From Vicinamibacteria bacterium (GTDB lineage: Bacteria; Acidobacteriota; Vicinamibacteria; Marinacidobacterales; Marinacidobacteraceae), in assembly GCA_963668695.2 (NCBI GenBank), contig CAXXLQ010000004.1, positions 1,504,001 to 1,568,000 on the forward strand: a stretch of DNA of 64,000 nt, read 5' to 3'. Under the pieces are notes generated by a model. It was not told the DNA's origin and ran no database searches. It was given only the letters and a program-made list of their open reading frames with translations. The translations under genes and the position numbers were made by a program. The first letter of the stretch is position 1, and every line of letters begins with the position of its first letter. This document shows positions 28,460 to 38,211 of the stretch, piece by piece.

Positions 28460-30019
28460 TCACCGGCGCGACCACCAGACCGTGACGCCCCAGATGAGGA
28501 AGAACCCGGGCAGGAACACCAGGCTCAGGAGGACGACGTTCCGCACCTGGGCGGAGGTCATGGTGATCCGTCGATCCTCGGCGGAGCGGGGGCGGATCGC
28601 GATCAGATCCTCGTCTTCGGTGAGCCAGTTCACCATGTTGAGGAAGAGATCGGCGTTACCGAGCGGGGCGAGGGCGAGGTTGTTCCCGATGAAGTCGGAA
28701 TCCCCGACGATCACCAGGCGGCCCTCCGGGGATTCAGGAGACTCCCCTTCCGATTCCGCTGCTTCCGCGGGACCGGATTGCCCGGGACCGGATTGCCCGA
28801 CCACCGGAGAATCCGTGGCCGCCAACTCCCCAATTCCATCCTCTGCTTCTTCGTCATTGCCGGTTTCCACGTGGACCGCGTAGGCGAGCCTCAGGGGTCC
28901 GGTCCGGTCGTCTTCTCCGGCGTTCACCTCGCCGGTCTCCAGTTCGTCCGCGTCCCGCTCGCCCCAACTGGCGTCGGAACTCAGGACGAGTTCCGAAAGA
29001 CGCATCCCGGCGGGAAGTTCCGCGGGCGGTGTCGCGATCAGGCTCTGCGCGAGGGGGAAGACGGTGGCCGCGTTCACGAAACCGCGGGTGATCGGATGGA
29101 ACCCGTAGGACGCGGCGAGGGGAACCTCCACCCCGAAGCCGAAGAGTTGACCCACTCCGCTCGCGTCGATCACCACGTCCCCCGCGGGCGCCGCCCCGAA
29201 TTCCTGGGCCAGTCCGGTGAGCTCAAGCCGCTCATCCGGGGTTCCCGGTGGATCCGGAGGGTCGAGCAGCAGCATGGCCTTCCCGCCTGCGCGGATATGG
29301 GCGGCGAGAGCGGCGGACTCGGCTTCCAGCAGATCGAGCCGGGGTCCGGCGACGATCACGACGGCGGCATCCTCAGGGATTCGGACTTCCCCCTCCTCGA
29401 CCCTCTCGAGCAGCGCCAACTCGGCAACTTCGTAGTTCGACTCTTCGAGTCGCGACCCGATTGCGGAGAGGCCGCCCGCGCCCGTCTCGGCGAGCGAGCG
29501 CTCCTGGTGCCCGGTCGTGAAATAGACCTTCTTGGTCTCACCCTTGAGGAGCTTCACGATGGCGTTCGTGATGTCCTGCTCCTGGGGCGCCGCGACCCGT
29601 TCCTGCCGCTGTCCGGCTTCCACCACTACCGCGCCGAAGGGAATCCCGGCTTCGGCGGTGGCCTGGTAGGCGCGAGCCCGCGCGGGCTGCGCCTCCTGAT
29701 CGATGACTTCCCATTCGATCCGGTCGCTGCGGTCGGCGTAGCGTTCGAAGAGCTCGATGGTGCGTCCGGCGGCGCGGGGCTGATCCAGCACGACGAGACG
29801 TACGTCGCGGTCGAGCTCTGCGAGAATGCGGATCGTCTGTGGGGAAAGGCTGAACTGGCCGCCGGTGGTGGTGTCCCAAGTCGCGTTACGGCGGTTCGCC
29901 ACGTAGTTGACGCCGACCAGGGCGGCGAGGAGGAGCAGGGCCGTCACGCCGAGGTTGACCCCCTCCCGGGCGCTCCGGCGGCCAAGCGCCGCGCGGAGAC
30001 GCGCGAACCCGGCGCTCAT
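28460..30019 (-). CDS. GldG-like ABC transporter auxiliary component
   Basis: WDTT..FSLSPQT, YFTTGHQE, VGDSDF, NADLFLNMVNWL. Confidence 0.88.
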   Translation of the reverse strand: MSAGFARLRAALGRRSAREGVNLGVTALLLLAALVGVNYVANRRNATWDTTTGGQFSLSPQTIRILAELDRDVRLVVLDQPRAAGRTIELFERYADRSDRIEWEVIDQEAQPARARAYQATAEAGIPFGAVVVEAGQRQERVAAPQEQDITNAIVKLLKGETKKVYFTTGHQERSLAETGAGGLSAIGSRLEESNYEVAELALLERVEEGEVRIPEDAAVVIVAGPRLDLLEAESAALAAHIRAGGKAMLLLDPPDPPGTPDERLELTGLAQEFGAAPAGDVVIDASGVGQLFGFGVEVPLAASYGFHPITRGFVNAATVFPLAQSLIATPPAELPAGMRLSELVLSSDASWGERDADELETGEVNAGEDDRTGPLRLAYAVHVETGNDEEAEDGIGELAATDSPVVGQSGPGQSGPAEAAESEGESPESPEGRLVIVGDSDFIGNNLALAPLGNADLFLNMVNWLTEDEDLIAIRPRSAEDRRITMTSAQVRNVVLLSLVFLPGFFLIWGVTVWWSRR

Positions 30020-30786
30020 CCGCGCCACCTGCGGGAGCGCACCGACTCCCGGGCGAGGTACAGCCAGAACCCGGCAAAGGACAGGTAGAACACGAGATCG
30101 CGGGTCGTGATCACCCCGCGCGCGAATCCCTCCAGGTGGCCGGTCACCGAGAGGTAGGCAAGGACGCGTCCCAGGTCTCCCCCGCGCGCTCCCGCGAACT
30201 CCAGCAGCCAGAGGACGAGCAGCGCTCCGAAGGTCAGGAGTCCCGCCACGATCTGGTTCCCGGTCAGACTCGAGAAGAAGAGGCCCAACGCGAGGAGTCC
30301 GGCTCCCAGCAACGCCAGGCCGAGGTAGGCGGCGAGGACCGGCGGAACCTCCGGCTGGGAAAACCAGAACAGGACGCCCAGGTGGAGCCCGGTCAGCGCC
30401 AGCATCCCGCCGTAGAGGGTGAATGCGGCGAGGAACTTGCCGAGAACGATCTCCCCATCGGTGATCGGCGCCGTCAGCAGCAGTTCCATGGTCCCCGACC
30501 GGATCTCCTCGGAAACCGTGCGCATCGAGAGCAGGGGCATCAGGAACAGCGCCAGGATGGCGGTGCTCGCCATGAGCCAGCGGATCAGGTCGGTGTTCAC
30601 GTTCAAAGTGCCGCCGCTGAAGCCGCCCATCTGGCTCATCCGCATGCCGGCCTCCACGAAGCTTTGGAGGTAGTCGGCGAAGAAGTACCCGTAGAGGAAT
30701 GCGAACGCTCCGAAGAGGACGTAGGCCACCGGCGACGCGAGGGCGGCGCCTATCTCGCGCCGGGCGATGGTCAGCGCGTTCCTCAT
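30016..30786 (-). CDS. ABC-2 permease (GldF-like)
   Basis: SMRTVSEEIRSGTMELLLTAP..VLGKF. Confidence 0.9.
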   Translation of the reverse strand: MRNALTIARREIGAALASPVAYVLFGAFAFLYGYFFADYLQSFVEAGMRMSQMGGFSGGTLNVNTDLIRWLMASTAILALFLMPLLSMRTVSEEIRSGTMELLLTAPITDGEIVLGKFLAAFTLYGGMLALTGLHLGVLFWFSQPEVPPVLAAYLGLALLGAGLLALGLFFSSLTGNQIVAGLLTFGALLVLWLLEFAGARGGDLGRVLAYLSVTGHLEGFARGVITTRDLVFYLSFAGFWLYLARESVRSRRWRG

Positions 30787-31826
30787 GAGTCCTTTCCCGG
30801 CGCTTCCGGGCCGCCCGTCCTGTCCGGGGCATCTGCGCCCGGTTCGTCCGCGCCGGCGCCGTCCGCTTCCATCTCCTCGGTGGTGAGCGCCAGGAAGACG
30901 TCCTCGAGGCTCGCGCCGCCCCGGCGAAGGCCGTAGAGCGGGGCGCCGGCGTCGAGAAGTACCCGCGCCAGTTCGGTCGAAACGCCGCGGTCGCCGGCCG
31001 CTTCCACCTGCAGGATCGAGGTCCGTTCCGCGGTCTCGGGACCGGCCTCCACCCGGGCTACGCCGGGAACCGAGCGGAGAGCGGCAACCGCCGTTTCCGC
31101 CGGGGCTGACGTCTCGATTTCCCAGCTTCCGCGGCCGCGCTGCGCGGCGCCCAACCGCGCCACCAGTCCGTCGGGAGTGTCTTCGGCGCGCAGCCGTCCA
31201 CCGGCGATGATGACCACCCGGTCGCAGGTGACCGCCACTTCCGGGAGGATGTGCGTCGAGAGCACGACGGTGCGGTCACCCGCCAGGGCGCGGATGAGTT
31301 CGCGCGTCTCGTGGATCTGCTTCGGATCGAGGCCGGCGGTCGGCTCGTCAAGGACCAGCAGATCGGGTTCGTGGACGAGCGCCTGCGCGAGCCCCACCCG
31401 TTGGCGGTATCCGCGGCTCAGCTTCCCGATGATGCTTTCCCGGGCCTCTCCGAGGGCGCAGCGCTCGATCGCGCGAGCTACCGCTTGCTGAATCCGGCTT
31501 CTTGGGACTCCCCGGAGCCGCGCCGCGAATTCCAGGAAGGCGGCGACCTCCATCTCGGGGTACAGCGGTGGATTCTCGGGCAGATACCCGATACGCCGCT
31601 TGACGTCGAGTGGCGCCTCCGAGATGTCCAGACCGGCGACCAGCACCCGTCCTTCGGTGGGCGGCATGAAGCCGGTGATGACCCGCATGGTGGTCGTCTT
31701 CCCGGCGCCGTTCGGCCCCAGGAACCCGAGGACCTCTCCCTTCGCGACGCCGAAGCTGAGATCCGCTACCGCCAGTGTCCTCCCGTAACGCTTGGAGACG
31801 CGGTCCACCAGGACGAGGGGTTCCAC
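30783..31826 (-). CDS. ABC ATP-binding protein (GldA-like)
   Basis: GPNGAGKTT, LSRGYRQRVG, LDEPT, STH. Confidence 0.92.
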   Translation of the reverse strand: MEPLVLVDRVSKRYGRTLAVADLSFGVAKGEVLGFLGPNGAGKTTTMRVITGFMPPTEGRVLVAGLDISEAPLDVKRRIGYLPENPPLYPEMEVAAFLEFAARLRGVPRSRIQQAVARAIERCALGEARESIIGKLSRGYRQRVGLAQALVHEPDLLVLDEPTAGLDPKQIHETRELIRALAGDRTVVLSTHILPEVAVTCDRVVIIAGGRLRAEDTPDGLVARLGAAQRGRGSWEIETSAPAETAVAALRSVPGVARVEAGPETAERTSILQVEAAGDRGVSTELARVLLDAGAPLYGLRRGGASLEDVFLALTTEEMEADGAGADEPGADAPDRTGGPEAPGKDS

Positions 31827-31949
31827 GGCTGTTCCGAGGGGAGGTGTCTCGATGGCGTTCAGTCCTGGCGGTCTCCCGCTCCCGAGTCAGCGGTTGCGGC
31901 CGGCCCGGCAGTCTATACTGGCTTCCGGCGCTTCCGGTTCCACGTTTCC

Positions 31950-32591
31950 ATGAGTCTTCGCCGCTTGTTTCTCTCGTCCGGTGTTGGCCTTGCGGCCGGA
32001 TTGTTCCTCGCCCTCACCACCTCGATCGGGGCTCCGGGGTGCGTCAACACCGAGGACAACGAGACCGCGGCGAGGATGGAACTGCCCGAACTCGTCGCCT
32101 ATTGGGCCGTTCGCGGCCGGGATTCCGAGGGCAACAACTACATCCGGCCGGCGGTGCGTTTCCGGGTGCAGAACACGAGTCCGGAACCGGTCCAGTACGT
32201 CCAGGTGATGTCGGTCTTCCGTCGCGAGTCGTCGCCGGAAGAGGCCTGGGGTACGGGATACCTGCACACGGTCTTCGAAGGACCCCTCGCGCCGGGAGAA
32301 GCGACCGGGGAACACACCCTGCGCGCGGACTCCAACTACCTCTCGCAGGGCGCCCCCGAGCGCATGTTCGAGAACGAACTCTGGGAAGACGTCGAGGTCG
32401 AGATGTTCGTCCGGGTCGGCGCGTCCTCGTGGGTTTCGCGGGGAACGACCATCGCGCTTCGTCGGCTCGGACCGCCGGGTGTCGAGAAGTACCTCGAGCC
32501 CATCGAGGGCGAACCCCTCTACGGCGCAGCTCCGGGACCGGAAACCCCGCCCGCGGAAGATCCCGAACCCGAGACTCGTCCCGAGCGCTAG
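31950..32591 (+). CDS. Hypothetical exported protein or lipoprotein
   Basis: Hydrophobic leader ending PGC; coding-like composition; stop in CTAG. Confidence 0.65.
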   Translation: MSLRRLFLSSGVGLAAGLFLALTTSIGAPGCVNTEDNETAARMELPELVAYWAVRGRDSEGNNYIRPAVRFRVQNTSPEPVQYVQVMSVFRRESSPEEAWGTGYLHTVFEGPLAPGEATGEHTLRADSNYLSQGAPERMFENELWEDVEVEMFVRVGASSWVSRGTTIALRRLGPPGVEKYLEPIEGEPLYGAAPGPETPPAEDPEPETRPER

Positions 32592-32689
32592 CGGCCTCTG
32601 GATAACCCGGCGGAAGCGCCGGGGTGACGCGTGGCTACGCGATCATCGCGAGAGGCGATTACGCCCGACGCGGCGTCGCTTTCCGCTAC

Positions 32690-33224
32690 CAGCCGGTGGT
32701 GGAACCCGGGTGAGCGCCGAGAGCGGCCAGTTCTCCCGGTGGGGGCGAGGCCCAGTTCTCCCGGTGGGGGTCCGGCTGACAAGGCGCGTGAGGGAGGAGC
32801 CCCCACCGGGAGAACTGGCCCGGGTGTATTCCGACCGAAACGCAACGATGAGCGGCGCGCAGCGACGCGGTTCAGCCGGGATGGATCGCCGGCCGAGCCC
32901 CCACCGGGAGAACTGGGCCGCGTGGGTTTCATCAGCGGTTGTTCAGCCGGGATGGATCGCCGGCCGAGCCCCCACCGGGAGAACTGGGCCGCGTGGGTTT
33001 CATCACCGGCTGTTCAGCCGGGATGGATCGCCGGCCGAGCCCCCACCGGGAGAACTGGGCCGCGTGGGTTTCATCACCGGCTGTTCAGCCGGGATGGATC
33101 GCCGGCCGAGCCCCCACCGGGAGAACTGGGCCGCGTGGGTTCCACCACCGGCTGTTTGGCGGGATGGATCGCCGCTCGAGCCCCCACCGGGAGAACTGGG
33201 CCGCGTGGGTTTCACCACAGGCTG
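32690..33224 (+). mobile_element. MITE with five tandem 71-bp right-end units
   Basis: Flanks CTAC/CTAG; units start at 32871, 32942, 33013, 33084 and 33155. Confidence 0.88.
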
Positions 33225-33346
33225 CTAGCCCACCAGGTCGCGCACTTTTCGCTGCACCGCTTCTTGGGGGCGACCAGCCCGGATTTCCATGGGCGTCCGG
33301 TTACCCTGGCTCCCAGGCGCCGGTAGTACGCGCTGCTGGACGGTGC

Positions 33347-33410
33347 GCGGAAAAGGGGTAATGAAGAATGCGGAAAAGAGGTAGTCGCACGTGCGGATAT
33401 TGGGTATCAT
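33347..33410 (+). promoter_or_regulatory. Three direct repeats at 23-bp period with an embedded -10 box
   Basis: GCGGAAAAGGGGTA (33347), GCGGAAAAGAGGTA (33370), GCGGATATTGGGTA (33393); TATCAT at 33405. Confidence 0.65.
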
Positions 33411-33418
33411 GACTCGCG

Positions 33419-34648
33419 ATGGATGTTTATCGCCCGCGTTTTCTGGATCGGATTCTCCCCGGGTTGCTTGCCGACCATCCGGCGGTCATGGTCACTGGCG
33501 CGCGTGCCACCGGCAAGACCACCACCGCGATGCGGCATGCGGCGACGGTCGTTCGACTCGATCGGGAGGCAGAAGCGTTCGCATTCCGGGCCGACCCCGA
33601 CGCGGCGCTCCGCGACCGGCCGGAACCGGTACTGCTCGACGAGTGGCAGGCGGTCCCGGAAGTGCTCGGTGCGGTGAAGCGCCTGGTGGACTCCGACCCG
33701 CGTCCGGGGCGTTTCTTGCTGACTGGCTCGGTCCGGGCCGAGGGGGACGCCCAAAGCTGGCCGGGCGTTGGGCGGGTGATCCGGGCGGAGATGCACCCCT
33801 TGACGGTGGCGGAGCGCCTGGGGTGCTCTCCTCGACCGCTCGTGGACCGGATCGTTGCCGGCGAGCCACTTCGCCCGCCGGATGATGTTCCCGACCTCCG
33901 CGGGTATCTCGAACTCGCGCTGGCGGGAGGGTTCCCCGAACCGGCGTTCGCTCGTTCGGCCGAAGCGTCCCGGCGGTGGTACCGCAGCTACGCAGATCAC
34001 CTCGTGACCCGGGATCCGGCCGGGGCGGCGAACGGTCGGGATCCGGCGCGCCTACGGAGGTTTCTCAGTGCCGTTGCCCTCAACTCCGCCGGGATCGCTA
34101 CCGAACGGACGCTGCACGAGGCTGCGGGAATCAACAAGCGCACCGGAATCGCCTACTGGCGCTTTCTCGAAACGCTCGGGGTGGTCGATGCAGTTCCCGC
34201 CTGGGCGTCGAACCGGTTGAAACGCCTGACCGGCGCGCCGAAGCGATACCTGGCCGACTCCGGACTGCTCGCCGCAGTGGCGCGCGCGAATCTCGATGCC
34301 GTGCTGGCGGACGGGGACCTGCTGGGTCGGATGCTGGATACGCTGGTCGCCGCGCAGTTGCGCGCGGAGGCAACCGTCGCGGTCAGCGAGCCGCTGCTCT
34401 ACCACCTGCGGCAGGAACAGGGCCGGCGGGAGGTCGACATCGTTGCGGAAATTGGCACGGGTCCGGTGGTCGGATTCGAGATCAAGGCAAGGGCGGCCCC
34501 GGGTCCGGGTGATGCGCGCCACCTGCGTTGGCTGCGGGATGAACTCGGAGACCGGTTCCTCGGTGGGGTGGTGTTGCACACCGGGCCCCACAGCTACCCG
34601 CTCGCCGAGCGGATCGTGGCCGCTCCCATCGGCACGCTGTGGGCGTGA
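33419..34648 (+). CDS. AAA+ ATPase with DUF4143 domain
   Basis: GARATGKTT, LLDEWQ, FLLTGS, GGFP, PKRYLADSGL, EVD..EIK. Confidence 0.9.
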   Translation: MDVYRPRFLDRILPGLLADHPAVMVTGARATGKTTTAMRHAATVVRLDREAEAFAFRADPDAALRDRPEPVLLDEWQAVPEVLGAVKRLVDSDPRPGRFLLTGSVRAEGDAQSWPGVGRVIRAEMHPLTVAERLGCSPRPLVDRIVAGEPLRPPDDVPDLRGYLELALAGGFPEPAFARSAEASRRWYRSYADHLVTRDPAGAANGRDPARLRRFLSAVALNSAGIATERTLHEAAGINKRTGIAYWRFLETLGVVDAVPAWASNRLKRLTGAPKRYLADSGLLAAVARANLDAVLADGDLLGRMLDTLVAAQLRAEATVAVSEPLLYHLRQEQGRREVDIVAEIGTGPVVGFEIKARAAPGPGDARHLRWLRDELGDRFLGGVVLHTGPHSYPLAERIVAAPIGTLWA

Positions 34649-34770
34649 GGCTGCGGAGGTGGACGCCGTGACCGCGTCGGCCGGAGGAGCAGCCTTCGCA
34701 CGTCGTCGCCTTGGCGGCAGCAACGTACTGCCGGCCGGAGATCCGGTAGTCCCTGGTCCACCACCGCTCG

Positions 34771-34812
34771 TAGGGGCCGGCTGGTAGGGGCTGGCTGGTA
34801 GGGGCTGGTTGG
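34771..34812. repeat. 3 x 14-bp tandem repeat
   Basis: TAGGGGCYGGYTGG x3. Confidence 0.7.
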
Positions 34813-34817
34813 GCGGG

Positions 34818-35939
34818 CTATCCGTAGCGCCGCTGGTGGTCCCAGGTCGCGAAGCGGTCCGTCATGCCGGCGATGTAATCGCAGACCACCCGTTCCCGGG
34901 ACGATGGCCCGATCCGCAGCTGGAAGTGGGCCGGCAGGTCCCCCGGCGTTTCCAGGTAGTAGCGAAAGAGACCAGGCAGCCGCCGCGTCTCGGCCTCGGT
35001 AGTTGCCGCGACGCGCGGATGGCGGTACAGCCGTTCGTGGAGGACCGTCTTGAGTTCCCGCAGTTCGCTGTCCTGGCGTGCGGGAAGCTCGACAACGGGT
35101 GACACGGACTCGGGCGCTCCCGGGCCGCTGCTTCCGGGTTTCTCGATTCCGGATTCCCGGATCCGGCGTTCGGTTTCCTCGATGAGCGCGACCACGAGGT
35201 CTGCGATGACTCCGCGAAGCAGGGTACGGACGTTCACTCGCCCGTAGTTCTGCCCGCCTCCCGGAGACCCGGGCCAGTGCCGCCGGAACAGCGCCGCCTC
35301 CTCCAGGTCGGAAACTCCGATCAGGCCCGAGGCGAGGCCGTCTTCCATATCGTGCGCGCTGTAAGCGATCTCGTCGGCCACGTCCGCAATCTGCGCCTCG
35401 AGGGGCGGCGGCCCCAGGCCCCGAAGGTCATCCGGAACGAATCCTGTCCGGCTCGAATGGGCGAAGATCCCGTGCCGCGATTCGCGCGTCAAGTTGAGGC
35501 CCGGAAAGCCCGGATAGGCGCGTTCGAGTTCGTCCACGATGCGGAAGGACTGGATGTTGTGCTCGAACCCTCCGTGATTCCGCATCAGGCCGTCGAGAAC
35601 CTCTTCCCCCGCGTGGCCGAAGGGGGTGTGCCCGAGGTCGTGCGCGAGCGCCACTGCTTCGGTGAGGTCTTCGTTGAGGCGGAGCGCCCGGGCGATCGTG
35701 CGCGCGATTTGCGCGACCTCGAGGGTATGGGTGAGCCGGGTCCGGTAGTGGTCGCCTTCGTGGTTGATGAAGACCTGCGTCTTGTACTGAAGCCGGCGGA
35801 AGGCGCTCGAATGGATGATCCGGTCCCGGTCCCGCTGATACGCCGTCCGCAACGATTCGGACGCTTCCGGCCAGCGGCGGCCCGCCGTGCGCGAACTGCG
35901 GCAGGCCGCAGGACGCAGGCCCACCTCCTCTACCTCCAC
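34818..35939 (-). CDS. dgt: dGTP triphosphohydrolase (HD domain)
   Basis: RDRDRIIHS, RTRLTHTLEV, HDLGHTPFGH, DYIAGMTD. Confidence 0.93.
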   Translation of the reverse strand: MEVEEVGLRPAACRSSRTAGRRWPEASESLRTAYQRDRDRIIHSSAFRRLQYKTQVFINHEGDHYRTRLTHTLEVAQIARTIARALRLNEDLTEAVALAHDLGHTPFGHAGEEVLDGLMRNHGGFEHNIQSFRIVDELERAYPGFPGLNLTRESRHGIFAHSSRTGFVPDDLRGLGPPPLEAQIADVADEIAYSAHDMEDGLASGLIGVSDLEEAALFRRHWPGSPGGGQNYGRVNVRTLLRGVIADLVVALIEETERRIRESGIEKPGSSGPGAPESVSPVVELPARQDSELRELKTVLHERLYRHPRVAATTEAETRRLPGLFRYYLETPGDLPAHFQLRIGPSSRERVVCDYIAGMTDRFATWDHQRRYG

Positions 35940-35944
35940 GTGAG

Positions 35945-36194
35945 CAACCTGTGAACAAGGTGGCGCGGCCCAGTTCTCCCGTGGGGGCTCGACCGGCGAT
36001 CCATCCCGGCTGAACCGCTCCGCTTCGCTTCGCTCATCGTTGTGCTTCAGTCGAAATACGCACGGGCCAGTTCTCCCGGTGGGGGCTCCCCCCTCGCACG
36101 CCTCGTCAGCCGGGCCCCCACCGGGAGAACTGGCCCCACCGGGAGAACTGGGCCTCGCCGCTCTCGGCGCTCACGCCACCTTGTCCACAGGCTG
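35945..36194 (-). mobile_element. MITE copy (reverse orientation, ACAAGG end subtype)
   Basis: 21-bp ends CAACCTGTGAACAAGGTGGCG / CGCCACCTTGTCCACAGGCTG. Confidence 0.8.
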
Positions 36195-36203
36195 CTAACC
36201 CAG

Positions 36204-37151
36204 CTAACCCGGCGCGTAATAGCCGAGTTTGGTCCGCACCCGGAGATCCGGGAGGTTCGTCTGCACCACGATGCGCCGCCAGGCGCCGTCCTGCCGCGGA
36301 TTGTTGGAGATGTAGCCGACGTTGTACTGGCTCTTCAGTTCCTCGGCGATCCGGTCGTATACCGATTCCAATTCCGCCAGCTCGGCAGGGAAGAACCATT
36401 GGCCACCGGTTTCTTCGGCCAGGTTCTTGAGGACGTGCTCGGCCTCGGAGAAGCGCCGTCCCCGCCGGCGCGCGGTGTTCTGGAGCGAGATGGAGTAGAT
36501 GACGACGTCGGTGTCCTTGGTCAGGTCGAGTACCTGTTCGAAGGTGACGAGCGAGCTGGTGTCCCGGCCGTCGGACAGCAGGATGATGGCTTGCCGGTGG
36601 GCTTCCATACGCTGGCGCTCGAGCGAGCGCAGCGAGATGTACATCGCGTTGTGCAGTTTCGTCGTCCCGCCCGCCTGGGTCATCCGGATGGCCTGTTCGA
36701 GATCTCCATGGCTGTTGGTGAACTTCTGCAAGACGTTGGCGTGGCTGCCGAACTCGACCACCTCCGCCACGTCCTCAATGCGCAGGGTCCTGGTGAACCG
36801 GACCGCCGCCTCCTGGGCGAAGTGCATCTTGTCCACCATGCTGGCCGAGGTGTCGAGCAGCAGCACCATGCGGATTGGCAGGTCCTCCCGCGAGAAGGCC
36901 TCGATTTCCTGGAGGATGCCGTCCTCGTAGACCGAAAAATCTTCCTCGATCAAGTCGGTGATGAACCGCTCACGGCCGTCGGTGACCGTGACGTTGAGCG
37001 AGATCAGGTCCACCGTCACCCGGAACTGGTAGGCCTGCTGGAGGAGAGGGCCGGCCAGCGCCGTCAATCCGCTGAGGGCCAGCGCCAGCGTTCCTGCCAC
37101 CACAATCCCCCGCCAACTCCGGAGAGCCTTGCGGGAGGGGTGCGTTTGCAT
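36204..37151 (-). CDS. VWA domain protein (Acidobacterial VWFA-related)
   Basis: FRVTVDLISLNVTVTD, MIDAS DTSAS, LSDGRD, QYNVGY..RTKLGYYA. Confidence 0.88.
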   Translation of the reverse strand: MQTHPSRKALRSWRGIVVAGTLALALSGLTALAGPLLQQAYQFRVTVDLISLNVTVTDGRERFITDLIEEDFSVYEDGILQEIEAFSREDLPIRMVLLLDTSASMVDKMHFAQEAAVRFTRTLRIEDVAEVVEFGSHANVLQKFTNSHGDLEQAIRMTQAGGTTKLHNAMYISLRSLERQRMEAHRQAIILLSDGRDTSSLVTFEQVLDLTKDTDVVIYSISLQNTARRRGRRFSEAEHVLKNLAEETGGQWFFPAELAELESVYDRIAEELKSQYNVGYISNNPRQDGAWRRIVVQTNLPDLRVRTKLGYYAPG

Positions 37152-37235
37152 CGGAATGGCTATTCTGACGCAAAGCCCAAGCTGGCCCCGGGCCGCCTCC
37201 GCCGTGGCGAAACGGGCTGCCAGCCCCGATTCCGA

Positions 37236-37787
37236 ATGATTCCCGCCGAATCGCCGCCGCCGAGCGAACAGGACACCCGGAATGCGAAGACCGCCGCGGT
37301 CCTGACGGCGAGCGACGGTTGCGCCGCGGGAGTGGTGCCGGATCGCTCCGGGACCATCGCTCGCGGGATCCTCCAGGAACTCGGGTTCCGTATTGCCGAC
37401 TCGGCGATCGTGCCCGATGACGTGGAAGCCATCCGGGAGAGAGTCAAGGCGTGGGCGGCGTCGGGCATCCGGCTGGTACTGACTACCGGCGGAACCGGCC
37501 TCGGTCCTCGGGACCGCACGCCCGAAGCGATTACGCCTCTACTCGATCGGGAACTACCGGGTTACGGCGAACTGCTGCGGTCCGAGGGTCTCCGGGATAC
37601 ACCGATGGCCGTGCTTTCCCGGAGCCTTGCGGGGAGCATCGGCGGCACCCTGGTGATCGTGCTGCCAGGGAGCCCCCGAGCCGTCAAGAGCGGCCTCCGG
37701 ACCCTCGCCCCGACGATCCCCCACGCCCTCCAACTGCTCGCCGGAGACACTGCCCATCGCCCTCCCGGAAATACTCATAACGGTTGA
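37236..37787 (+). CDS. mog: MogA/MoaB molybdenum cofactor biosynthesis protein
   Basis: TASD, DRSG, VPDD, TTGGTGLGPRDRTPEA, LPGSP. Confidence 0.9.
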   Translation: MIPAESPPPSEQDTRNAKTAAVLTASDGCAAGVVPDRSGTIARGILQELGFRIADSAIVPDDVEAIRERVKAWAASGIRLVLTTGGTGLGPRDRTPEAITPLLDRELPGYGELLRSEGLRDTPMAVLSRSLAGSIGGTLVIVLPGSPRAVKSGLRTLAPTIPHALQLLAGDTAHRPPGNTHNG

Positions 37788-37846
37788 TATACTTGGCTAA
37801 TTCTCCCTTGCCGCCCGCGGCATGAACCGGTAGGCAGACTCCGAAA

Positions 37847-38179
37847 ATGACACCCGAAGAACTGCAACTGCACGAAGCGAATCTTCTCGCCAAAAAAGCC
37901 GCCATCGAAAAACTCGTCCACACCCGCGTCTTCTCCCGGACCCCGCCGCACGGAGATGACGGCGACCGGTCCATGGTGGCCAACGACGACGAGATCGCGA
38001 TCCAGCTTCAGCAAAACGACGCGAAGCTGCTCCGCGCGATCGACAAGGCGCTCGCCCGCATCCAGGCCGGCGAATTCGGCATCTGTTCCGACTGCGAGGA
38101 GGAGATCCCGCGCGTTCGGCTGGAGGCGGTGCCCTGGACGCGCGTCTGCGTCCCCTGCAAGGAACGGCAGTATTCCTGA
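37847..38179 (+). CDS. TraR/DksA C4 zinc-finger protein
   Basis: ALARIQAGEFGICSDC..RLEAVPW..CVPC. Confidence 0.88.
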   Translation: MTPEELQLHEANLLAKKAAIEKLVHTRVFSRTPPHGDDGDRSMVANDDEIAIQLQQNDAKLLRAIDKALARIQAGEFGICSDCEEEIPRVRLEAVPWTRVCVPCKERQYS

Positions 38180-38211
38180 ACGTCGCATAGCGGCCTCGGA
38201 ACACGCCCCGG

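Noticed and set aside
32871-33224. CRISPR array
   Set aside because: The units are near-identical along their whole length with no unique spacers, and no cas genes are present
34818-35939. Antiviral dGTPase
   Set aside because: Looks like the ordinary short housekeeping Dgt; nothing in the sequence indicates a defence role
36042-37235. Long N-terminal extension of mog in the ORF track
   Set aside because: Overlaps the VWA gene and a MITE; homology starts near 37236
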